Source: a virus. Taken from it: a stretch of DNA of 64,000 nucleotides. The position numbers and the translations under genes are program-made. The stretch spans positions 45,531-109,530 of IMG/VR virus record IMGVR_UViG_3300036861_001106. One strand, written 5' to 3'. Shown here piece after piece: positions 20,193-28,696 of the stretch (position 1 is the stretch's first letter; every line of letters begins with the position of its first letter). The notes beneath the pieces were generated by a model, which worked only from the letters and a program-made list of their open reading frames with translations, had not been told where the DNA came from and searched no databases.

Positions 20193-20569
20193 TGGACCTC
20201 CAGGTCATCCAACGGTACCGTCGTGACTGGCAGCAGCTCGCGGCTTGGCGACTGCCGCTCCACGTCCTCGTCGTCGTGGTGGGTGGAGGTCTCAAGCAGG
20301 ACCAGTTCTGGCGCAGCCATGGGGCACCAAAACATGTGCCATGACCCCGTGGGTACCTCCACGATGACCCCCGGAGTCAGGTCGATGGGCTCGCCGTCCA
20401 GCAGCATGCCCCCACGGCCGCGTTCCACGATGAAGCACTCCGACTTCACCCTGTGCCGGTGGAGGGAACAGCGCCAGCCGGGCTTGACGAGCAGCCGCTT
20501 GGCGCAGAGCTGGGGGCTGTTGAAGTAGACAAGCTCAGTACCCCACGCTTTGGAAATTCGGTGGCTCAT
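20189..20569 (-). CDS. cupin (sugar-phosphate isomerase-like)
   Basis: KAWGTE...CAKRLLV..G.RCSLHRH.VKSECF...WHMF...ETSTHH. Confidence 0.8.
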   Translation of the reverse strand: MSHRISKAWGTELVYFNSPQLCAKRLLVKPGWRCSLHRHRVKSECFIVERGRGGMLLDGEPIDLTPGVIVEVPTGSWHMFWCPMAAPELVLLETSTHHDDEDVERQSPSRELLPVTTVPLDDLEVQ

Positions 20570-21609
20570 GTGGGTGTCTCCGCGATGGGTGAGCCGACTC
20601 CGTACTGCCTGCAGCAAAGTGCGGCTTTATCCTGCCCCACCCCCACCAGCACGCTCAGCGCATCATAGCTCACCTCGGTCCCATGTGGGTGCGGTGCTGC
20701 CGGGTGGCTGAGCTGGACGGCGATGGCTGCCAGGAAGGCGTCGCCAGCCCCCGTCACGTCCACCACCTCGGTGGCGCGGCTCCGGTGCAGTCCCGTCGTC
20801 ACAAAGGTGCGCAGCCCCCCGCAGCCAGTGCCGACCGCGCGGTAAGCAGCCACGCCAAACTCGCCCAGGGTCACGAGGACCAGGTTGGCGGCGAGCCTGG
20901 GCCACGACCAGGCCGGTTCATCGATGAACCCAGGCCATGCCGCATCCATCTCATGGCAGTTGCACACCAGCGCGTCGGCGGGGAACTGTGCCCACCGCGC
21001 GGGCTGCTTCGAGTTCACGACGGCCAGGAGCCGGTGCTCCTCCACGAATGCACCGAGCCTCTCCACGAGCTGCGCCCCAGGGTCCCCAGTGAACATGCCC
21101 TTGTCGTAGTCCACCATGACAAGCACTGGTGGGGTTGGCGTGCAGCGGAGGGAGTTGCGCAGGTTCTCCAGCAGGCCAGCGACGTCAGGCGGCTGGAGGG
21201 TGAGGTCCGAGTCCCGGTCGAGGCGCACGACCTGGCGGTAGCGGTCGCCCGGGCGCTGCAGGTAGACGCGCTCCTTCACGGTGTTGATGCCCACCTGCCG
21301 CTGGAGGGCGTAGCAGATCCCCACGTCCGCCTGCCGCGCCAGGCTCTGGATCAGCGCGGCCTCGCTGCCCTGGCGCCCCAGGAGGCAGTGCAGCCGCGTG
21401 CGCCGCCCACTCAGCAGCCGCGCCCACCGGGCCACGTTGCCGGCGAGGCCCAGGTGCACCTCCCGGCGCTCCTGGTCGCCGATGGGGCACTCGGGGCACT
21501 CTGGGGACTGGCGCTGGTGCTGGATGAAGCGGCCCACGTCGACGCCACAGTCGCCAAGTACCCAGATTGGCGCGCCTTGCGCAGTCACTGAGCCCGTTGA
21601 GTCAACCAC
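20566..21609 (-). CDS. HldE/RfaE-like sugar kinase (PfkB family; heptose-7-phosphate kinase-like)
   Basis: VLGD, GLAGNVA, TVKER...RLDRD, DYDKG, VTLGEFG, DVTGAGDAFLA. Confidence 0.8.
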   Translation of the reverse strand: MVDSTGSVTAQGAPIWVLGDCGVDVGRFIQHQRQSPECPECPIGDQERREVHLGLAGNVARWARLLSGRRTRLHCLLGRQGSEAALIQSLARQADVGICYALQRQVGINTVKERVYLQRPGDRYRQVVRLDRDSDLTLQPPDVAGLLENLRNSLRCTPTPPVLVMVDYDKGMFTGDPGAQLVERLGAFVEEHRLLAVVNSKQPARWAQFPADALVCNCHEMDAAWPGFIDEPAWSWPRLAANLVLVTLGEFGVAAYRAVGTGCGGLRTFVTTGLHRSRATEVVDVTGAGDAFLAAIAVQLSHPAAPHPHGTEVSYDALSVLVGVGQDKAALCCRQYGVGSPIAETPT

Positions 21610-21953
21610 TCCTCACCCTCCTTGTCCCCCTGCTCAGCGTCGCGCGCCCAGTCCCAGACCACGTACGTCTTCTTGTTCTCCGTGCAGAGTTGCTGGCTCT
21701 GCAGGACCCAGCCCTCACCCTCCGGCTGCAGCGGGTTCGGCACCTGCTGACCCGCTCGCACCTCCTGCATCGTCCGCGTCAGTTGCTTGAACATCTGAAC
21801 TACCTCCCGGCACCGTGGTGGTGTACCGCTGAATGTGCGCCAACAGCCCCTCACAGCGGGCCAGCGCCTCCTCGACGCGGCCAAGCTTGCCCTCAAGCTG
21901 CTTCAGCCGTTGCTCCAGGTCATCGAATCGCGCGTCCGGGGTGTGGTACAGGT

Positions 21954-22544
21954 TCACCGCGCCGCCTCCGCGCGCTCCCGCAGCGTCGCCACCATGCGCT
22001 CAAGCTGCGGCGTCAGCGCCCCGGTCACCGGGTCGAGGAGCTGCAGCAGCGTGAAGCTGCCCTTCTGCTGCACCTGTGACCGCGCCAGCAGGTGGTTCAG
22101 GTCGGTCAGCCACTGACCCAGGCGCATGGTTGACCATCCCTTGGCGCGCTCCACGTCCTTTTCCTCCAGGCGCAGCTTCACCCGCCAGGGGAGGTCCACC
22201 AGGCAGAGGAGCCACGCGTCGCGCGCGGCCAGGTCCGCGTCGATGGCGCGCCACTGGGCCCCGGTGAGGTCGCTGGCCTCCTCGCCCGCGCAGGCCCCTG
22301 CCGTCAGGTGGCAGCGCGCGATGACGAGCGGCTCAGCAGTGAGGGGGCGCTGCAGGGTCCACTGCAGGTTCTTGAACTCCTGGTCGACCCGCACGGCGTG
22401 GCGGCGGAGGGTGGCGGGCACCTCCTGGGCCAGCCGTTGCGCCAGCGTGTGCACGCCCGAGCAGGGCATGCCGTCGACGATCACCAGCGGCGGGGGGGGT
22501 GGCTTCTTGGGTAAGTCCAGCAGCGAGCGTGGTCTCTTGTCCAT
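21954..22544 (-). CDS. dNMP kinase-like protein with degenerate P-loop
   Basis: IVDGMPCSGVHTLAQRLA (Walker A Lys missing); LVIARCHL in place of the usual DR motif. Confidence 0.55.
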   Translation of the reverse strand: MDKRPRSLLDLPKKPPPPPLVIVDGMPCSGVHTLAQRLAQEVPATLRRHAVRVDQEFKNLQWTLQRPLTAEPLVIARCHLTAGACAGEEASDLTGAQWRAIDADLAARDAWLLCLVDLPWRVKLRLEEKDVERAKGWSTMRLGQWLTDLNHLLARSQVQQKGSFTLLQLLDPVTGALTPQLERMVATLRERAEAAR

Positions 22545-23035
22545 CACCAGGGCTCCGAGGTCCACTGATACCGCCGGAGGTGCTCGGCGACCTCCGCGTC
22601 GGTGTCACTCCACTCCTTGACCATCTCGCGGCTCAGGGCGTGGAGGTAGGTCTCTGGGTTCTCTGTCACCTGCACCCTGGCTACCTGCGGACCTGCGACG
22701 GGGGCAGCCAGTGCCTCCTCCAGGGTGTGGAAGATCGCAAGCCCAAGCTCCTGTGCCAGGCCCAGCTCCTGGTCAGCCCCGGGCGACGGGGCCAGGTAGA
22801 GGAGGCCCTGACACTGCCGCACCCACGTCAGGGCCCACTGCAGCCAGCGGTGGTAGGGCACCTCCGTGCCCCGCCCCACGTTGTGCAGGTGCCAGAAGTG
22901 GCTGAGCAGGGGGCAGAAGGGCTCGTGCCCCGCCAGCAGGAGGGCAGTTGCAGCCTCCAGGCTACGAAGCACGTTGCGGTGGACGGCCTCCGGGGTTGCC
23001 GCCGTGTACGGCGAGGCGATGTAGATCCGCATCAC
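22544..23035 (-). CDS. nucleoside 2-deoxyribosyltransferase-like (DUF1937/DUF4406-type) protein
   Basis: IYIASPYT...FCPLL.H...SPGADQELGLA. Confidence 0.7.
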   Translation of the reverse strand: MMRIYIASPYTAATPEAVHRNVLRSLEAATALLLAGHEPFCPLLSHFWHLHNVGRGTEVPYHRWLQWALTWVRQCQGLLYLAPSPGADQELGLAQELGLAIFHTLEEALAAPVAGPQVARVQVTENPETYLHALSREMVKEWSDTDAEVAEHLRRYQWTSEPW

Positions 23036-23538
23036 GTCCCTCCCTCGGGGCCAGGTGGTCCAATGGGTGGGGTGATCGCGGCGATCTCCGCCACCTTGGC
23101 GGCGACGTCGGCGGCCTTGACGGCGGCGTGCGCCGTGCGCTCGGCCAGCTCCGTCAGCGTGGTGGCCTGGACGGCCGCCTTCACCTCCCCCTCGTCGCGG
23201 CCCAGGAGGCGCTCCGCCTGGGCAGTGCGCGCCAGCAGCTCGGCCAGCCGGCCGTTCACGACGATCCGCATCTCGTTCAGCGCGGCGGCGTTCTCAGTGC
23301 CCTTGATCAGCGCCAGGACGGCGGCGATGGTGGGCGCCGTCACGGCCACGATGGTCGCGATGAGCTGCGAGTTGTCCTGCTCGGGGCGCAGGATGAGGAC
23401 GACGACGATGGTGGCAAGGGTGACCATCGTGCCGCCGATGGCCAGCAGGAGGTACGGCCACTTTGGCGCTGGGACAAACTCCGGCAACACCTGCGTGCCC
23501 CCGGGGGCGAGTGGGACCTTGGTCATGGGTGGGGTCAT
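23032..23538 (-). CDS. two-TM membrane protein (holin-like)
   Basis: two hydrophobic helices followed by VNGRL coiled coil. Confidence 0.55.
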   Translation of the reverse strand: MTPPMTKVPLAPGGTQVLPEFVPAPKWPYLLLAIGGTMVTLATIVVVLILRPEQDNSQLIATIVAVTAPTIAAVLALIKGTENAAALNEMRIVVNGRLAELLARTAQAERLLGRDEGEVKAAVQATTLTELAERTAHAAVKAADVAAKVAEIAAITPPIGPPGPEGGT

Positions 23539-23613
23539 TCATTCCTCATTTCTCCTGGCCAGGAAGTTCAGTGGTTCTGGACTCCGTATTGCCTTTCCTT
23601 CCTTCTCGGGTCC

Positions 23614-24003
23614 TCATCGCTTGAACAAGATGATGGCGCTCACGGTGGCACTCATCAGGGCCAGCAAGCCCGTGATGATGACCGCCACCAGGTTCCACTT
23701 CCCCTTCGTCTCCTCGATTGACCGGATCTCCAACGCCTTCCGCACGTCAGTCAGCGTGGCGGTGAAGTCGGCGATGGTGCGCTCCATGAGCGTCACGCGA
23801 ATCAGCAGTGGGGGCTGCCCATTGCCGTCGCGGATGATCTTGAGCACGGTGTCCAGGTTGCGGGTCAAGGATTGCACGTCTCGGGTCAGGTCCTGCACGT
23901 CGCGCCGGATCTCCGCGACGCTCAGGTCCGTCGTTGTCAGGGCCGGGTTGACTGCCACCTGGACTGGCCGGGGCTCCGGGTTGTTGCCGGGCTCATTCGC
24001 CAT
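23614..24003 (-). CDS. coiled-coil protein with C-terminal TM (holin-like)
   Basis: GNGQPPL..RV..ME and C-terminal hydrophobic helix. Confidence 0.55.
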   Translation of the reverse strand: MANEPGNNPEPRPVQVAVNPALTTTDLSVAEIRRDVQDLTRDVQSLTRNLDTVLKIIRDGNGQPPLLIRVTLMERTIADFTATLTDVRKALEIRSIEETKGKWNLVAVIITGLLALMSATVSAIILFKR

Positions 24004-24517
24004 GAGTGTCGCCGCGCTCATTGATCTTGTCTTCCTGATCGCGGCTCTTCCGCTCGACCTTCTCGCGCATCTCCCTCAAGTTTGCTCGCAATGACTTTAG
24101 CTCCTCATAGAGTTGGGGCAACCCCTGCAGCACGGGGTCGCTGATCTGTCGGGTCACGAATGGGACCATGAACGCAACTGCCACCCAGGAGGTCACCGCC
24201 GCAAGCAGGTTGATTGCCACCTGCAGCCGGTACGCTGGCCACCAGAACGAGGCGGCTCGCATCAGGTGGGTCAGTCCGGCGGTGAAGATGAAGATCACGA
24301 AGCTCTGGGTGATCCGCTTGTCGAGGACGAGGGCGAACCCGTTGCGCCGGGAGGCCGCCGCAAGGATCATGATTGGAATGGCGAGGTAGACCGTCACGAT
24401 GGAGAAGTTGCTGACGATCGTGGCGTCAGCCAACCGGTCGGTCCACCCCCCGCCTGCGGCGGGAGACTCAAACGGCGTGGCGTCGAACAGCCAGTGAACG
24501 AATCCTATCACTCCCAC
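23993..24517 (-). CDS. stand-alone ETR1/ethylene-receptor-like three-TM sensor domain plus coiled coil
   Basis: SNFSIVTVYLAIP, FVIFIFTAGLTHLM, FWWPAY...AAVTS match the ETR1-type membrane domain pattern; SD GGGAGG plus GTG. Confidence 0.7.
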   Translation of the reverse strand: MGVIGFVHWLFDATPFESPAAGGGWTDRLADATIVSNFSIVTVYLAIPIMILAAASRRNGFALVLDKRITQSFVIFIFTAGLTHLMRAASFWWPAYRLQVAINLLAAVTSWVAVAFMVPFVTRQISDPVLQGLPQLYEELKSLRANLREMREKVERKSRDQEDKINERGDTHGE

Positions 24518-24954
24518 GTCTCTCCCCTCCCGCCAGCTTGCACGACTGGCTCGATGAACGCCCAGAAGAAGCGGCGCTCGGTCCTCATTGCAACCCCCAC
24601 TTGCAGGCGTACCGGGAGGTAGTGCCCACCTTGCGTGATTGCCGACAGCGTCAGCTCCTGTCCCACGATTGGTGCATGTCCCGTTCGCTGGTAGGTCTCG
24701 ATGCCTCGCAGGTGGGCGGCTCGGTGCTCCGGTGGGATGATCGTGCTGGCCAGGGGGAGCCCAAGTGCCTCCGCGCGCGACCAGCCAAAGGTCGCCTCGG
24801 CGGCTGTGTTCCACTCAATGATGCGTCCCTCCGGGTTGATGGCGATGAAGGGTGTGGGGCAGTCGTCCATGATTGCCCGAAACACGCTCAGCGGCAGCGT
24901 GGGAGGGATGATGGCGGGCGCTGGCTGTAGCAGCCGACGGAAGAAGTCGATCAT
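24508..24954 (-). CDS. stand-alone PAS domain protein
   Basis: FRAIMD...INPEGRIIEWNTAAEATFGWSRAEALG...IIPPEHRAAH. Confidence 0.9.
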   Translation of the reverse strand: MIDFFRRLLQPAPAIIPPTLPLSVFRAIMDDCPTPFIAINPEGRIIEWNTAAEATFGWSRAEALGLPLASTIIPPEHRAAHLRGIETYQRTGHAPIVGQELTLSAITQGGHYLPVRLQVGVAMRTERRFFWAFIEPVVQAGGRGETWE

Positions 24955-25292
24955 GGGTGACCTGCGTCCTCGCTGACCTTGGTCTTCATTGTCTCCTGAA
25001 TCAACGCCTCCAGCTTTGCGATCCGCTCGTTGGCGATGTAGAGGTCAGTCTTGACGGCGCTGAGGTTGGAGTTCGTCAGCTCGTGGATCTTGTCCAGCTT
25101 CTCGTCGGAGCGCGCTGCAATCGCCTTCGTGGTGTCCTTCAGGTCCTGCACCTTCTCGTCGACGTTGTCAACGGTGCGCGCGGTCACCGCCTGGAGCGTC
25201 TGGATCCGCGCGCTAGTCCTCCAGGCGGTCACGAGGTTGGTCAGCACGAGCCCAACCGCAGCGATGATGGTGAGAATCTCCTGACTGGTCAT
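24951..25292 (-). CDS. N-terminal TM coiled-coil protein
   Basis: hydrophobic N-terminus, heptad repeats, IHELTNSNL. Confidence 0.6.
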   Translation of the reverse strand: MTSQEILTIIAAVGLVLTNLVTAWRTSARIQTLQAVTARTVDNVDEKVQDLKDTTKAIAARSDEKLDKIHELTNSNLSAVKTDLYIANERIAKLEALIQETMKTKVSEDAGHP

Positions 25293-25400
25293 CGGGCACA
25301 GCACCTCCAAATTGGGCGTTAGCTGCTTCTTGCAGCTCGTTGTCCCCGGTGACGCATTCAGGCAGTCGCAATGCGTCAGTAGCCGTCGTCGGGTTTGAAG

Positions 25401-27428
25401 TTACTCTCTTGTTCTCTCCTCCGCCTGCCTCTTCCAGTGCTCCATTCTGGCAACTGCGATCTCACAGTACCTGGGGTCGCCCGGCGGCTCCCCCTGCTCG
25501 ATGCCCAGGAAGCGGAACCCCTCCAGGACCGCCGCGCAGCCAATCGAGCCTGAGCCGCAGAATGGATCGATGAGGAGCCCCCCTGGCGGGGTGATCAACT
25601 TGCACAACCATCTGCACAGCGCAATACTCTTTACAGTGGGATGGTTGTTCTTGACCTTGACCGGGGCCCACCTAGGTTCAGCCTCCAAGCCCCCTGGATT
25701 GACGCGGTTCAGGATGGCATGGTCGAGTTCGTCGAGGCCCGCCTCTTTTTCGGAGCGGCTCGCCTTCGCCTGGTATTTCCACAGTATCGGGTCGATCTCG
25801 CCATCCCCATCGTTTCCACGGGTGGCGGCGGCAATGGCAAGCTGAACAGAGCCACACCACCGTCTCAACTTTTGAATAGTCGGAATGATGCCGATGCTCT
25901 CCAGGTCTTCCGCAATCGGTGCAAGGCTTTGGATCAGGATTTGCTCTTTGAGCGCGCAGATAGAATCCTGTCCAGGAATTAACCCCCGGCAAAGGTCTGG
26001 CTTTTTCTCGGCAATAGCTTGAGCAATAGTTGTTCCGCATCTCTCGCACAGGCTTGCCACAGACCAGACATGATGGGCGATCTGTTCGGGAAGCGATGCC
26101 GGAGCACTTAGCAGAACAGAAGATTCGCTCGTTGGATTCATATTCCCAGAATCGCTTCCCGCACTGGCGACAGAAATGCTCTCGCTTTGGTTTCTGACCT
26201 CGACTTCGGCAGGTTGATGTCTTTGAGCACGAGTTTGAACAGAAACGCCTGCTTGGTTTCGTTGGAGCAAAGAGGTTACCGCACCATTCACAGGGTCGCA
26301 ACTTGTCGGTTGATGACATAAAAAGCACTTTCTCGCGTCTTGGAAGTTCGGAAAGAATCGCGAGGGCGACTTGAGCAACTTGGACGCCTTGCAGCCGTCC
26401 TCATCCAGCTTGCGCACCGGGCAACCCGGCACACATGCCCAGAGGTCCACCACCTCCAGCCCCTCCGCGTCGCCGTAGCCCTCAAAGGTGTCGTGCCAGT
26501 CCTCGTGCTCCTTGTCGTCCTGATTGTAGAACGGGTTCTTCTTGCCTCCCTGAGTCACGGTCGTCGGGCAGCCCTTGACCTTCTGCGTGCCGACAAGCAC
26601 ACAGTGTTCGCTGTGGGTGAGCAAGAGATTCGGAGCGTGTCGACCCTTCTTCCCCCGGCGCGCCTGCACCTCCTCCGGCGGCATGTCGCGGATCTTGAAG
26701 GTGTCCTCGCCAAGGTAGCCGTTAGTCCGCCCATAGCTCCCTGTCTTGTGCCAGCCGGGGACATCGTCGCTGGTGCGACGCACCTCGCAGGCACCGACGT
26801 TCAGGGCACCCACACCCCACTTGAGCAGGTTGTCGGCGATTGACCCCTTGAAGGGCTTCTGAACCAACCACCAGCACTCAACTGCGGGCTTGGTAGCGTT
26901 ACCCCAGCCCAGCCACTGCTGACCCTCTTCGGAGGTGGGCTCCAGCACCTTGCTCTGCAGACGCTCACGGTCGGGGTTACTGGCGAAGGCGTTGCCCCTG
27001 ATGTCCTGGTTGGTCCAGGGGCGCTCCCCTACCGCGACTGGCTCGGCACCAACCTTGCGATCCACGTCGATGGCCACGTTGCGATTCTTGGGAAAGCCCT
27101 GACCGTGGATGTGGTAGATGCACTCCTGCACGAAGAAGCCAGCATCCTCCAGTGCCCAGGCAGTCCAGTGGCTAGTCCGGGGAAAGGCCCACACCAGGCC
27201 GTAGGCACCTGGCTTGAGCACCCGGTGTGCCTCCCGCATGACCTCGCTGAGCCATGCCACCCACTGATCTCGGCCGCCCTTGTTGCCGTCCCAGGCGCGC
27301 CCCATGAACGAGGCGCCCCCCGGGGGGTCGGTGCAGAGCGCATCGATGCTGCTGGAGGGCAGCTTCCGCAACACCTCAAGAGAGTCACCGAGGATGACCT
27401 TGCCCCAGCTTCCCACGCGCCAGATCAT
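25401..27428 (-). CDS. N6A/N4C DNA methyltransferase (beta class) with a ~175-aa in-frame insertion
   Basis: GDSLEVL, CTDPPG, RVLKPG, GQGFPK, NNHPTVKS, LIDPFCGSGS; insertion lies between SRFFPNF and WKYQAKAS. Confidence 0.9.
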   Translation of the reverse strand: MIWRVGSWGKVILGDSLEVLRKLPSSSIDALCTDPPGGASFMGRAWDGNKGGRDQWVAWLSEVMREAHRVLKPGAYGLVWAFPRTSHWTAWALEDAGFFVQECIYHIHGQGFPKNRNVAIDVDRKVGAEPVAVGERPWTNQDIRGNAFASNPDRERLQSKVLEPTSEEGQQWLGWGNATKPAVECWWLVQKPFKGSIADNLLKWGVGALNVGACEVRRTSDDVPGWHKTGSYGRTNGYLGEDTFKIRDMPPEEVQARRGKKGRHAPNLLLTHSEHCVLVGTQKVKGCPTTVTQGGKKNPFYNQDDKEHEDWHDTFEGYGDAEGLEVVDLWACVPGCPVRKLDEDGCKASKLLKSPSRFFPNFQDARKCFLCHQPTSCDPVNGAVTSLLQRNQAGVSVQTRAQRHQPAEVEVRNQSESISVASAGSDSGNMNPTSESSVLLSAPASLPEQIAHHVWSVASLCERCGTTIAQAIAEKKPDLCRGLIPGQDSICALKEQILIQSLAPIAEDLESIGIIPTIQKLRRWCGSVQLAIAAATRGNDGDGEIDPILWKYQAKASRSEKEAGLDELDHAILNRVNPGGLEAEPRWAPVKVKNNHPTVKSIALCRWLCKLITPPGGLLIDPFCGSGSIGCAAVLEGFRFLGIEQGEPPGDPRYCEIAVARMEHWKRQAEERTRE
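25678..26319 (-). CDS. Zn-finger HNH homing endonuclease nested out of frame inside the MTase gene
   Basis: repeated CxxCG...FCSxxC modules and CTDCG...HRHHSDYSK...VVWLCSACH...H; lower GC. Confidence 0.8.
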   Translation of the reverse strand: MSSTDKLRPCEWCGNLFAPTKPSRRFCSNSCSKTSTCRSRGQKPKREHFCRQCGKRFWEYESNERIFCSAKCSGIASRTDRPSCLVCGKPVREMRNNYCSSYCREKARPLPGVNSWTGFYLRAQRANPDPKPCTDCGRPGEHRHHSDYSKVETVVWLCSACHCRRHPWKRWGWRDRPDTVEIPGEGEPLRKRGGPRRTRPCHPEPRQSRGLGG

Positions 27429-28329
27429 CGTCCCCCCTCCGTCGGCAGCGGCGCGGGGCCTGGCGCGTTGGCCGGGCCGTTGGGCACGAGCACGGTGGGC
27501 GGGGCCGGCGCAGCCACGAACGGCAGGTACACGCCGACGTAGAGGATCACGAACAGGATGAGGATGACGAGGACGAGCACCTCAAACACCCGCAGGTGCC
27601 ACCACTCACCGTTGTCACTCCCAGCCACCCAGCGTGGCATTATTTTTCCCCCTCCTCCTTCTCGTCCCCCCACACACCCCAGTCCTGCAGCAGCTCGCGC
27701 GCCAGGACGGCCACGAAGGCCACCACCAGCAGGAAGGCTGCCCCCAGGATGATGTTGGCGGTGGTCAGGTGCCCCGCGAGCCACGTGAGTGCGAGTTCCA
27801 TGGCTTGATTCTACCGGGGAGATACGTCCTTGTCAACTACCTGCGCCTGAAGAGGCACGGAGCAGCAGCCCCGTGCCTCCAGGTCAGGGGACAGGCGGGG
27901 TTGGCGGCAGCGCCGCCTCCAGCTTGTCAGCAGCGGCCGTCAGGTCGCCCATGACAGCCTGCAGCGCAGCCACCTGCGGGGTGAAGTCGCCACCCCCACC
28001 GTCACCAGCCTGCAGCGCAGCCACGACGGCGTCGACGTCGGTGCCGACGCGCGTGACGGCCGCCTGCACGTCGCTGATGGCAGCAGCAAGGTCAGCCAGG
28101 GTTGCCATTAGTTTCTCACCTCCCAGCCGGGCCAGCGTGGCCTCGTAAAACGCGGCGAACGCAAGCGCCGCAGTCAGCAGCAGGACGAACAGTTCCATCA
28201 GAGGAACACGAACAGGAGTGTCGCGATGAGGCCGACGATGCCGAGCACGATCGCCGGGATCACCATCCCCAGAAAGTGTAGGCTGAGCAGCCCGGTGAAG
28301 ACCCCCATGGCGACTTTGCCAATGCTCAT
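27425..28329 (-). other. cluster of very small membrane/coiled-coil peptides
   Basis: several short hydrophobic ORFs with SD or coupled starts (e.g. 28198-28329, start 27801, 27884-28107). Confidence 0.5.
27808..27836 (-). promoter_or_regulatory. sigma70 promoter, leaderless transcript
   Basis: TTGACA-17-TAGAAT, ATG 6 nt downstream (27801). Confidence 0.75.
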
Positions 28330-28390
28330 CTCTCTCACCTCCCTGAATCTCGGGTTTCTGAAGTTCATAGGCGTGGGCAGTGTCTAGGGA

Positions 28391-28696
28391 CTAAAAATCG
28401 TCTGCGTGTGCCGTAGCGCCTCCCACACGCGCTTCGTTGACGTTCCGTAAGCCCTTCGGCTGTTCAATCAGACGATTGCGCTCCCAAACCTTGGGAAGTC
28501 CTCGGCGTTCGAGGTGGTGAATCACGTAGACTTCCTCACCACTCTCCGTAGCTTCGGCGAGGGTGCAGCTCTTGCAGCGGTGCTGCACGCTCTTGCCAGT
28601 AGCTCGCTTCTTGGGCGCGTAGGTGATGAAGACCAGCCGCTTGTCTCGGCAGGCAGGGCACACCTTCTCCTGGCGCTCGTAGTTCGCGATCGTCAC
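28391..28696 (-). CDS. Zn-ribbon protein
   Basis: CPAC...CKSC; GTGA overlap with the dnaE stop. Confidence 0.55.
   Translation of the reverse strand: MTIANYERQEKVCPACRDKRLVFITYAPKKRATGKSVQHRCKSCTLAEATESGEEVYVIHHLERRGLPKVWERNRLIEQPKGLRNVNEARVGGATAHADDF

Noticed and set aside
23993-24517. Functional ethylene receptor
   Set aside because: Copper-ligand Cys and conserved Asp are substituted and there is no output domain; only the fold assignment is kept.
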